Origin: an uncultured Gammaproteobacteria bacterium
GTDB lineage: Bacteria; Patescibacteriota; Microgenomatia; UBA1406; GWC2-37-13
Length of the DNA: 64,000 nt
Assembly: GCA_964384955.1 (NCBI GenBank)
Contig: CAYLLP010000001.1
Location: 10,004 to 74,003 of the forward strand
Reading direction: 5' to 3'
Made by a program: the position numbers and the translations under genes. Below the pieces are notes generated by a model, which was not told the DNA's origin, made no database searches, and saw nothing but the letters and a program-made list of their open reading frames with translations. Within the stretch, counting starts at the first letter, position 1. Each line of letters starts with the position of its first letter. Below are positions 1 through 8,770 of this stretch, one piece after another.

Positions 1-576
1 TACTTCATCTTCAGGCAACGAAAGCGGGAGTAGCACTTCATAGGTCGGCTCAAACCGTATAGGGGACACAAACTTATTGTAAAAAATCCCAATCTCGCTA
101 TATTTACCCTCGAAAAAACCTTGGGAGGCAGCGTCAAACAAAGCAGCTGCCACATCGGTGTCCTCAGACGTGGAGTAATCAGCAATTACTTTCGAGCCCG
201 TGCGGGCCAGAAACTCGCTTCCGCGGCGCCCCATACATGCAAAATCTGTGCGAGGCAGGTCTACGGTGGTGAGAAGATGGCGGAAAAGATGCATGTTAAA
301 TCCACCGCAAAGCCCTTTATTGGTCGCAATCACGATTACCAGCGTTCTGGACCCACTCGAGGTCGTTTTGGTGGCATGGTACACGGATTGAGCTGCCCCG
401 CCTTGCGTACTAATTTTCTTAATCATACCAGTCAGAGCCATCTGATAAGGTTGAGCTTCAAGCGCAAGTTGCTGAAATTTCTTCATCTTGACAGCAGACA
501 CCAGCTGCATCGCACGGGTAATTTTTTTCACGTTTGTGACTGACTTAATCTTTTTTCGAACTTGCCGAATATTCAT
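1..576 (-). CDS. atpG: F1 ATP synthase gamma subunit (N-terminal part; runs off the left edge of the window)
   Basis: Absent from the ORF track because it has no stop in the window. Hand translation of the reverse strand from the ATG at 576-574 gives MNIRQVRKKIKSVTNVKKITRAMQLVSAVKMKKFQQLALEAQPY..., the typical gamma N-terminal helix. The frame stays open to position 1. There is an ATGA overlap with the atpA stop, and the position after alpha fits the operon order. Confidence 0.85.
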   Translation of the reverse strand, partial: MNIRQVRKKIKSVTNVKKITRAMQLVSAVKMKKFQQLALEAQPYQMALTGMIKKISTQGGAAQSVYHATKTTSSGSRTLVIVIATNKGLCGGFNMHLFRHLLTTVDLPRTDFACMGRRGSEFLARTGSKVIADYSTSEDTDVAAALFDAASQGFFEGKYSEIGIFYNKFVSPIRFEPTYEVLLPLSLPEDEV

Positions 577-2069
577 ACTGCGACGGCATTGGTAATAATT
601 TTTTTGAGCTCCTCTTCATCGTTGGCGCTCACCTCTTTGGCCTTTTCTATAGAGGCCATGAGCGTCTTCCCCCGGGTCAAGAGTCCGTCCAGAATGCGCT
701 CTTCTACGTCATTGACTTTGCTAAGCTCCACGTCATCAAAATACCCCTGTGCCGCGGCCCACAAGACCGCGACTTCCTGGCTAAGGGTGTACGGCCGGTG
801 CTTGCGCTGCTTCAGAAGCTGGGTCATCTTCGCGCCTTTGTTTAATAGTTTCTTGGTGGCCGGGTCCAGATCTGACTCAAACTGTGAAAAGGCAGCCATT
901 TCACGGTATTGCGCGAGGTCGAGCTTTAGAGTGCCTGCCACTTTTTTCATCGCTTTGGTTTGTGCCGCGCCTCCGACCCGCGACACAGAGAGCCCGACAT
1001 TGATAGCAGGACGAATTCCTGCATTGAAAAGCTCGGTCTCAAGGAATATTTGGCCATCAGTGATTGAGATAATATTGGTGGGAATGTATGAGGAGAGATC
1101 ACCTTCCAGAATTTCGACAATAGGAAGTGCTGTAAGCGACCCGCCTCCATATTTCTTGTCCATGCGGCAGGCGCGCTCCAAAAGGCGCGAGTGGAGGTAA
1201 AATACGTCGCCGGGGTAGGCCTCGCGGCCTGCCGGGCGGCGCAAGATGAGTGAGATCTGGCGGTATGCCCATGCGTGCTTGGTAAGGTCGTCATAGACGA
1301 CCAGCACGTCCTTGCCTTTATCCATAAAGTATTCACCAATGGCGGTCGCCGAATACGGCGCAATGTACTGCATCGCTGCCGAATCTGAGGCCGAAGCCGC
1401 CACGACTACGGTGTAGTCTAAGGCTCCGCCTTTTCGAAGAAGCTCGACAACTGCGGCGATCTTGGAGCTTTTTTGGCCGATCGCGGCATAGACACAGACT
1501 ACATTTTCATTTTTTTGGTTGAGGATCGCATCTAGACAAAGTGTGGTCTTGCCAGTGCCTCGATCGCCTATTATAAGCTCGCGCTGCCCGCGGCCAATAG
1601 GCACCAGCGCATCGATCGCCTTGATTCCGGTTTGAAGAGGCGTGTCTACGGGCTGACGGTACACGACGCCGGGCGCGACTTTCTCCACAGGATACGTTTT
1701 TGTAGTTTTTAGAGTGCCTTTCCCATCTTGCGGCTTGGCCAGAGGATTGACCACGCGTCCCAGGAGCGCTTCCCCGACAGGAAGTGATAGCTCTTCGCCA
1801 GTACCTTTGGCCTGATCCCCTGCCCCAATTCCAGTATAGTCGCCCAATACCACTACGCCTACTGTATCCTCAAGAAGATCGGTGACTACACCCTGTACGC
1901 TGCCTTTGAAGCTAATAATCTCTCCGTAAAACGCGTTATCCAGGCCTGTCAAGATCGCGACGCCGTCTTTGACTTCCACGACTTGCCCTACTTCAGAGGT
2001 GTGAGCCGCGGCCTTACCAGTGGAGAGCTCGCGCTCAAGCTCTTTGATGTATTTGTCAAGAATTCTCAT
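573..2069 (-). CDS. atpA: F1 ATP synthase alpha subunit
   Basis: 498 aa. Walker A motif GDRGTGKT; full-length alpha-like sequence (ELIIGDRGTGKTTL, LVVYDDLTKHA, PAGREAYPGDVFYLHSRLLER). Confidence 0.97.
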   Translation of the reverse strand: MRILDKYIKELERELSTGKAAAHTSEVGQVVEVKDGVAILTGLDNAFYGEIISFKGSVQGVVTDLLEDTVGVVVLGDYTGIGAGDQAKGTGEELSLPVGEALLGRVVNPLAKPQDGKGTLKTTKTYPVEKVAPGVVYRQPVDTPLQTGIKAIDALVPIGRGQRELIIGDRGTGKTTLCLDAILNQKNENVVCVYAAIGQKSSKIAAVVELLRKGGALDYTVVVAASASDSAAMQYIAPYSATAIGEYFMDKGKDVLVVYDDLTKHAWAYRQISLILRRPAGREAYPGDVFYLHSRLLERACRMDKKYGGGSLTALPIVEILEGDLSSYIPTNIISITDGQIFLETELFNAGIRPAINVGLSVSRVGGAAQTKAMKKVAGTLKLDLAQYREMAAFSQFESDLDPATKKLLNKGAKMTQLLKQRKHRPYTLSQEVAVLWAAAQGYFDDVELSKVNDVEERILDGLLTRGKTLMASIEKAKEVSANDEEELKKIITNAVAV

Positions 2070-2338
2070 AAGGTATGCTCGGCAATTGCCTCAAGCTCTC
2101 CTCGAAGCGAAAGATCCATAATCTTACTCCCCATCCGTACCACCACCCCTGCAATAATCTCCGGATCCACTATATTGGTGGCTCTCACCCCGTGGCCCAC
2201 AAGCCGTGCCGTAATATCTGCCAGCTCCCCTTCAGTGAGAGAATAAGCAGACGTGACCTCCACCTCCTTACTCTTTCGGCTAAGCTCTTGTAAAAGGTGA
2301 CTCTTGAGCTCTTTATAGAGCGTATCTTTAATTTTCAT
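2066..2338 (-). CDS. atpH: ATP synthase delta (OSCP) subunit, short form with C-terminal domain only
   Basis: 90 aa lying between atpF and atpA. VDPEIIAGVVVRMGSKIMDLSLRGEL resembles the conserved delta C-terminal segment. Overlaps both neighbouring genes. Confidence 0.7.
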   Translation of the reverse strand: MKIKDTLYKELKSHLLQELSRKSKEVEVTSAYSLTEGELADITARLVGHGVRATNIVDPEIIAGVVVRMGSKIMDLSLRGELEAIAEHTL

Positions 2339-2837
2339 GCACGTCTATTTTGCCGCGGGAATTTTTAAGGAGCTCCTGGGTGATTTTCTTTCGCTCGTCA
2401 GGGGTCAAGGACTTGGCGAGGGTGGACTTCAAAAGGAACACACTCAGCTCAAATATTTTCTCCTTTTCCGCTCTAAGCATTTCCTCGCGCTCGCGCTCAA
2501 GGATTTTTTTTGCTTTTTCTCGCACTTCATCCGCTTCTTTTTGAGCCGCACTCAAAATTTCCTTCTTGAGGGCTGCCGCATCCGCTTTGGCCTCCGCCAC
2601 GATCTTCTGTGCTTTTTCTTGGGCCTCTTTGACAATTTCAGCTTCTTTTTTAAGCATCTTCTCCTCGCTAAGCTTCAGATCGTTCAATAGCTTCTCGCTC
2701 GCCTGGTCCTTTTTTTTCTGCCTGCGCACAAACTCCAAGAAAGGCTTGGACACAAAGCGCTTAAAGATAAAAAGAAACAGTGCAAAATTGATGAGCTGAG
2801 CCAATAAAAGTTTCGAGTCAATTCCCAAATTCTCCAT
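2328..2837 (-). CDS. atpF: F0 ATP synthase subunit b
   Basis: 169 aa. One N-terminal TM helix followed by a long charged K/E/A-rich coiled coil. Operon position fits. Confidence 0.88.
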   Translation of the reverse strand: MENLGIDSKLLLAQLINFALFLFIFKRFVSKPFLEFVRRQKKKDQASEKLLNDLKLSEEKMLKKEAEIVKEAQEKAQKIVAEAKADAAALKKEILSAAQKEADEVREKAKKILEREREEMLRAEKEKIFELSVFLLKSTLAKSLTPDERKKITQELLKNSRGKIDVHEN

Positions 2838-2848
2838 GACGCTTAGTT

Positions 2849-3091
<243 letters not shown>

Positions 3092-3098
3092 TTATAAT

Positions 3099-3851
3099 TT
3101 AATGAGCTTTTTCTGTGGCAAGCTGGAAAAACACCGCACTCAGCATCGCAAACACAATGGCTTGAATGAACCCTACAAAAATTTCAAACACCAGAAAAGG
3201 AAATGATACTAGAATTGGTACCAAAAATGCAACTATTGCGATAATGACCTCCCCGGCGAAAATATTCCCAAATAACCTGAACGAGTAGGATACAAGGCGG
3301 GAGAGCTCTGAGATGGTCTCCATAAGACCCACAAAAAACATCATCGGGCTCTTCAAATTAATAAACTTGGAGAGGTAACCCCAGACTCCAAGATGTGTGA
3401 TTCCCAAATACTGCGCGTAAAAGACCGTGATAAAGGCAAGGGCAATGGTGGCGTTGAGGTCAGTGGTATTGCCTCGCAGCAGCGGCACCATCGCCGCGTG
3501 GCCATGTTCGTGGACCTTGAAAAGGACGCTACCGACCCCGGGCAGAAGACCCGACCAGTTGTGCAGTAGTATATAAAAGAAAAATGCGGCCAGCAGGCCA
3601 TAGTATCGGTCTGTGCGCTCGCCAAACACTGAGTGGAACAGATTATAGAGCGCCTGTAGGCCAAATGTCACGACATAGAAAAGCCCGCCTTTTTTTTCGC
3701 TTTGGCTTTGTGCAGTGTAGGCGACAGCGAGTAGCAGAAAACCCACGAACACGACTGAGGCCATCAGAAGCGTGTTGGTCACCGGAAAGTCGCCAATGTG
3801 AAAGATCGCCTCGGCCTTGATTGAGATATGGGGACCGCTACGTTCGTCCAT
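3099..3851 (-). CDS. atpB: F0 ATP synthase subunit a
   Basis: 250 aa polytopic membrane protein. Conserved SYSFRLFGNIFAGE motif with the essential Arg. Confidence 0.93.
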   Translation of the reverse strand: MDERSGPHISIKAEAIFHIGDFPVTNTLLMASVVFVGFLLLAVAYTAQSQSEKKGGLFYVVTFGLQALYNLFHSVFGERTDRYYGLLAAFFFYILLHNWSGLLPGVGSVLFKVHEHGHAAMVPLLRGNTTDLNATIALAFITVFYAQYLGITHLGVWGYLSKFINLKSPMMFFVGLMETISELSRLVSYSFRLFGNIFAGEVIIAIVAFLVPILVSFPFLVFEIFVGFIQAIVFAMLSAVFFQLATEKAH

Positions 3852-4137
3852 TAGTTTTTAGCAGGCGCCACAAGTTATAAAACGAAGCTGCCATTCCAAA
3901 AAATATTAACGCTAGAGTCCATATCGGCTTTGTGTCGAATTTTTTATCTAAAAATACACCTCCAATAACCCCTAAAAGAATAGGGGTCATCAAATAAATT
4001 CCTACGTCTTGCATCAAGAGCTTATTCCCAGGCTTCGATCCTTGAGTGCGCATTGGTTTCGTGTTCGTCTCTATGTCCCAATTTTTTCCTATTGAGTATC
4101 CGGCCATATTGTAGCATTTTGCTCTTCCTAGTGTCAA
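3838..4137 (-). CDS. AtpI/AtpZ-like small membrane protein encoded upstream of the ATP synthase genes
   Basis: Two TM helices (IYLMTPILLGVIGGVFLDKKF ... WTLALIFFGMAASFYNLW), typical of the ATPase_gene1/AtpZ family. Sits directly upstream of atpB. The real start may be the internal Met at 4053. Confidence 0.55.
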   Translation of the reverse strand: MTLGRAKCYNMAGYSIGKNWDIETNTKPMRTQGSKPGNKLLMQDVGIYLMTPILLGVIGGVFLDKKFDTKPIWTLALIFFGMAASFYNLWRLLKTNGRT

Positions 4138-4145
4138 CCACCTCT

Positions 4146-7100
4146 TTAGGCTAATTTAAGGCAATTGTCCATGATGATCGCTAGTCGATCATCTTTCTCG
4201 CTCACTTTACCCTTCAGGATAAGTGCTTGATTAAGGGCCAAAGAGTCTGCAAAGCGAGTAAAAAGCGATGAAAATACCACAACCTCAATAGATCCTGTCT
4301 CGTCAAAAAGCGTAAGAAACGCCATTTCCTGATTGCTTTTTTTTGTGCGAATCACCTTCTTGGAGCTGACCAAGCCCACAATAATGTGCGTTTTGCCAGC
4401 TTCATCTTTGGAAATTTCCCCTATTTTGATCGTGGACTTTTTGTCAATCACAGCCTGATGCTTAGCCAGCGGATTCTTCGAGAGAAGAAAGCCAATGACC
4501 TCTTTCTCCATGGTGATCAACTCCTGCTCACCATACTCTTCCAAGTGCTCAAACTGATCTTCTCTCTGCTTTTTTGCGCCTTGGGCAAATAGCCCAAACT
4601 GCCCTGCATCTTGACCTCCACGCGTCTCCGCCACTTCCCGTACAAGCTTAGGATAGTGATAGAGCAATGTTGCGCGGTTGGCGAACTTGGCAAATACTCC
4701 AGCCTTGATCAAGCTCTCCACTGTCTTTTTGTTGACGCGACGAAGATCTATTCTGTATAGAAAGTCCGCAAAGCCCTCAAACGGTCCAGCCTTGCGCGCC
4801 TCTATAATCGATTCGATGGCAGACGCCCCCACATTCTTGATTGCAGAAAGCCCAAAGCGAATTCCATCAGTCTCAATTTGAAATGAGTATCCTGACGAAT
4901 TGATGTCTGGGGGGTGCACGAGTACATCCATCCGGCGGCACTCCTCAAGAAGTTGCGCCATCTTAATCTCGCGAAGGCTCCCAGCGATTCCCTTGAGCTC
5001 CGCGGAAAGAAGCGCTGTCATGAACTCCACTTTGTAGTTGGCCTTTAAGTAGGCCGTCCAGTAGGCAATGAGGCCATAGGAGGCCGAATGTGGCTTGTTG
5101 AAGCCGTAGGCGGCAAATTTCTCGATAAACTCGAAGCTCTTCTCCGCGAGGCGCTTGGTATAGCCATTTTTTAGGAAGCCTTGGATAAATTTCTCTTGTT
5201 CCTTCTTCATCAAAGCCTTTTTCTTTTTGCCGACAGCCATTCTAAAGCTATCAGCCTCACTCATGGTGTAGCCTGCCAATTTGTGCGCAATTTCCATAAC
5301 CTGCTCCTGATAGACTAATACGCCGTAGGTCTCCTCGAGAATGGGCTTCAAATCCTGATGTAAGTACTTCACTTTTGAGGGATTTTTTTTACAATCCAAA
5401 AAGAGCGGAATAAGCTCCATGGGGCCAGGGCGGTAGAGCGCGACCATAGCGGTAATATCGGTAATTTTGGTGGGAGCAAGGTCTCGGGCGAGGCGCCTCA
5501 TACCGCCTGATTCAAGTTGAAAGACGCCGACGGTCGAACCGGCGGCAATCAGGGCGTAAGTCTTTTGGTCGTTAAGAGGAATTTCATGAATGTCGATTTT
5601 TATGCCTGAGGCGGCGTGAATGAATTTAAGTGCCTCCTCGATAATAGTGAGGTTGCGAAGACCCAAAAAGTCAATCTTCAAGAGGCCGAGCGCCTTGTTG
5701 TCAGAGACTGCGTTAAGGTCAAGACAGTACATGTCATACTGTGTCACGATGCGCCCTTCCTTAGCTTCTTTTTGAAGTGGCACATATTCTGTGAGCGGCT
5801 TGTCTGAGATGACGACACCTGCGGCATGTACCGAGGCATGTCGCGGAAGCCCTTCGAGGCGCTGGGAGATATCAAGCACCTTTTTCACGTCCTCTTCTGT
5901 CTTATAGGCGAATTTGAGCTGTGAGGATTCCTCTAGGGCGCCTGCAATCGACACATGAAAGCCCTGGCGCGGAGGCGGGATCATCTTGGCTATCCTATCC
6001 CCTTGCGCGTAGCTCATACCTAGCGCTCGAGTCACATCTCGCACGACCATCCGGGCCTCGAGCGTACCAAATGTAATAATCTGAGCGACCTTATCTTCTC
6101 CGTACTTTTTCTTTACATAACTCAGGACCTCATCGCGGCGAATGTCGGCAAAGTCCACGTCGATATCCGGAGGCGTTGGTCGGTCTGGCGAGAGGAATCG
6201 CTCGAAAGGTAAGTTATATTCCAAAGGATTAATATCGGTGATACCAAGCGCGTAGGCGGCCAACGACCCTGCCACGGATCCTCGCCCGGGGCCAACAGCG
6301 ATTTGTTGCGCTTTAGCCCAATTTACAAAGTCCTCGACAATAAGAAGGTATGTGGCGTACCCTTTGCTTGTAATGATATCTAGTTCATACTTAATTCGAT
6401 CCGCAACCTGCTTTTCATCATAACCAGAAAGGCGATTGAGGCGAGAGTTAACCAATTCTCTGAGGTATTCCTCAGCGCTCTTTCCCTTGGGCGTCTGAAA
6501 GTGGGGAAGTACCCACTGTCCATAAGGAATTTCCAGGTTGATCGAATCTGCAATTTTCATAGTGTTGTCTATAGCTTCGGGAATATCAATAAAAAGACCT
6601 TTCATTTCTTGTGCCGACTTGAAGTAATAGTCGGGGGTGTCAATCATCGACATGGGTCTATTCTTCTCAAATATTGCACGCTGAGTCTGGATGCAAAGGA
6701 GGACTTCCTGAGCATACGCATCGTCAGCGTCAAGGTAATGCACGTCAGCGGTCGCGACCACTGGTACTCCATATTTCTTGCTCACCGTCAAAAGTTTCTG
6801 GTTGAGGCTTTCAAGCTCAGGCATGTTGGGATGACGCTGTAATTCGATATAAAAGTCTTTGCCAAATATTTCAATATACTTTTCAAGTGTCTTTTCAGCT
6901 TCCTTTTGCTGATTATCCCGAAGCATTTGTGGGATCTCGCCACTCAGGCAAGAGGTCAGCACAATAAGGCCTTCGTGGTGCTTCTCAAGTAGGTCAAAAT
7001 CGATGCGGGGCTTGTAATAAAAGCCTTCAAGGTGCGCTGCTGTGACTATCTTCAATAGATTTTGGTAGCCAATGAGATTCTTGGCCAAGAGGATTAGATG

Positions 7101-7358
7101 GCTTTGATCGCGGTCCGGTCCTGCCTGCCTATCAAAGCGCGATTTGCGGGCTTTATACGTCTCAACTCCAATAATTGGCTTCACCCCAATCTCCTTGGCC
7201 TTGAGGAAGAATTTAAAGGCTCCGTAGAGTGCCCCGTGATCCGTGAGGGCGACAGCTGTCATTCCCATTTCTTTGGCCCGCCCTGCAAGATCTTCCACCC
7301 TGATCATTCCATCAAGCAGGGAGTACTCTGAGTGATTGTGGAGATGTACAAATGACAT
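4146..7358 (-). CDS. dnaE: DNA polymerase III alpha subunit
   Basis: 1070 aa. N-terminal PHP domain (FVHLHNHSEYSLLDG), polymerase core (GPGRGSVAGSL, IDVDF), HhH region and an OB-fold tail. Confidence 0.96.
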   Translation of the reverse strand: MSFVHLHNHSEYSLLDGMIRVEDLAGRAKEMGMTAVALTDHGALYGAFKFFLKAKEIGVKPIIGVETYKARKSRFDRQAGPDRDQSHLILLAKNLIGYQNLLKIVTAAHLEGFYYKPRIDFDLLEKHHEGLIVLTSCLSGEIPQMLRDNQQKEAEKTLEKYIEIFGKDFYIELQRHPNMPELESLNQKLLTVSKKYGVPVVATADVHYLDADDAYAQEVLLCIQTQRAIFEKNRPMSMIDTPDYYFKSAQEMKGLFIDIPEAIDNTMKIADSINLEIPYGQWVLPHFQTPKGKSAEEYLRELVNSRLNRLSGYDEKQVADRIKYELDIITSKGYATYLLIVEDFVNWAKAQQIAVGPGRGSVAGSLAAYALGITDINPLEYNLPFERFLSPDRPTPPDIDVDFADIRRDEVLSYVKKKYGEDKVAQIITFGTLEARMVVRDVTRALGMSYAQGDRIAKMIPPPRQGFHVSIAGALEESSQLKFAYKTEEDVKKVLDISQRLEGLPRHASVHAAGVVISDKPLTEYVPLQKEAKEGRIVTQYDMYCLDLNAVSDNKALGLLKIDFLGLRNLTIIEEALKFIHAASGIKIDIHEIPLNDQKTYALIAAGSTVGVFQLESGGMRRLARDLAPTKITDITAMVALYRPGPMELIPLFLDCKKNPSKVKYLHQDLKPILEETYGVLVYQEQVMEIAHKLAGYTMSEADSFRMAVGKKKKALMKKEQEKFIQGFLKNGYTKRLAEKSFEFIEKFAAYGFNKPHSASYGLIAYWTAYLKANYKVEFMTALLSAELKGIAGSLREIKMAQLLEECRRMDVLVHPPDINSSGYSFQIETDGIRFGLSAIKNVGASAIESIIEARKAGPFEGFADFLYRIDLRRVNKKTVESLIKAGVFAKFANRATLLYHYPKLVREVAETRGGQDAGQFGLFAQGAKKQREDQFEHLEEYGEQELITMEKEVIGFLLSKNPLAKHQAVIDKKSTIKIGEISKDEAGKTHIIVGLVSSKKVIRTKKSNQEMAFLTLFDETGSIEVVVFSSLFTRFADSLALNQALILKGKVSEKDDRLAIIMDNCLKLA

Positions 7359-7364
7359 GAATAA

Positions 7365-7474
7365 ATTACCCTAATTGACCTAATTTCTAATTAATCTAAA
7401 TAAGCACCAATGATTTAAATAATTGGGATTTGGTAATTGATTAGGTTAATTAGAGTAATTAGGAATTAGAAATT
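7365..7474. repeat. AT-rich inverted-repeat intergenic element, copy A (CTAATT/AATTAG family)
   Basis: Left half carries CCTAATT, TCTAATT and CCTAAT motifs. Right half carries ATTGGGATTTGG, GATTAGGTTAATTAGAG and AATTAGGAATTAGAAATT. Left 7369-7384 pairs with right 7439-7454 at 15 of 16 positions, one of them G-T, with one mismatch. Lies between the gatB stop and the dnaE start. Confidence 0.8.
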
Positions 7475-8769
7475 TTCTCAAGTAGACTTTTTTTGACTAC
7501 TTGAGGATCGGCTTTGCCGCCTAGCTCTCTCATGACCTGACCCACGAGGAATATCAGGGCGTTTTCTTTTCCATTTTTGTAATCTTCTGCTGCCTGCTTA
7601 TTCTTCTCTATCACCGATTGCACTAATTTTTCATCAAGAGCTTGTTGATCCGGCTTCGTCATTTGCTCAATAAACTCCTCAGGAGATACCTGGCCAACTC
7701 TTTTGTTGATCAGTAAGTTCGCCACTTTCTGTGCATCATTTTTATCTTTCATTTTTGCTACCACTTCCTCAAAATAATCGGCAAGTTTCTTGTCTTTGGC
7801 CAAAATCTGTGTATCTGCATCCCTTAGTGCGAACCCTTTTGAGTAGCGTACTCTCTTTTCAGCAGGAAGCTCTGGTACTTGGACTCCTTCAATGTAAGTG
7901 GAGTCGAATGAGAGTGGTGGAATGTCGGGCTCTGGGAAATATCGATAGTCGTGAGCTTCTTCCTTAGACCGCTGTGAGAATGTGATTTTTTTGTTTTCGT
8001 TGTAGCCCCGGGTCTCTTGAATTGGGGTCTCCCCTTTTTCAAGTAATTCTGACTGTCTCTCAATCTCATAATCAATGGCGGCAGCTACGTATCGAAACGA
8101 ATTGATATTCTTCACTTCCACCTTGTAGTTGGGAAGTTCCTGCTCGTCATTCTTAATTCCTAATTCTTTATTCGATATTCTCAAAGAGATATTTGGCTCG
8201 AGTCTCATCGATCCTTGCTCCATATTAGCGTCCGACACTTGCAAATACTGCTGGATAATCGTGTGCAGCTCTTCAAGGAAAGCTTTTGCATCTGAGGAAG
8301 AGTGGAAATCTGGCTCGGTCACGATTTCTACCAATGGCACACCCGATCGATTAAAGTCAACCAGGGAGTCACTTCCTTTATGCATCAGCTTGCCCGTATC
8401 TTCCTCAAGATGGACTCTTCTTATTCTGAACTTTTTGTCTCCGACAGTTAGCGATCCATTGATCGCGATGGGCTCGTCGTACTGGGAGATCTGATAGCCT
8501 TTGGGCAAATCCGGGTAAAAATAGTGCTTGCGGTCGAACTTGGACACTTTGTTGATCGTGCAATTTAGGGCTTTGCCGATAAGAATGGTCCACTCAATAG
8601 CCTTCCGGTTGGGCACAGGAAGAGCTCCCGGCATCCCCAAGCACACGGGGCAGGTGAGCGTGTTAGGGTCTTTGCCGAACCAGTCTGCCGCGCACTGGCA
8701 GAACATCTTGTTTTTTGTGGCAAGCTCCACATGAATCTCAAGTCCGATGACTGGCTCATATGTACTCAT
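7459..8769 (-). CDS. gatB: Asp/Glu-tRNA amidotransferase subunit B
   Basis: 436 aa. YEPVIGLEIHVEL, CPVCLGMPGALP, FDRKHYFYPDLPKGYQISQ. Lies in a gatC-gatA-gatB arrangement. Confidence 0.95.
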   Translation of the reverse strand: MSTYEPVIGLEIHVELATKNKMFCQCAADWFGKDPNTLTCPVCLGMPGALPVPNRKAIEWTILIGKALNCTINKVSKFDRKHYFYPDLPKGYQISQYDEPIAINGSLTVGDKKFRIRRVHLEEDTGKLMHKGSDSLVDFNRSGVPLVEIVTEPDFHSSSDAKAFLEELHTIIQQYLQVSDANMEQGSMRLEPNISLRISNKELGIKNDEQELPNYKVEVKNINSFRYVAAAIDYEIERQSELLEKGETPIQETRGYNENKKITFSQRSKEEAHDYRYFPEPDIPPLSFDSTYIEGVQVPELPAEKRVRYSKGFALRDADTQILAKDKKLADYFEEVVAKMKDKNDAQKVANLLINKRVGQVSPEEFIEQMTKPDQQALDEKLVQSVIEKNKQAAEDYKNGKENALIFLVGQVMRELGGKADPQVVKKSLLEKISNS

Positions 8770-8770
8770 A

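Noticed and set aside
121-1200. Plus-strand ORFs 121-543, 200-391 and 562-1200
   Set aside because: They are antisense to atpG and atpA, whose protein sequences are unmistakable. The products are S/R-rich shadow-frame translations.
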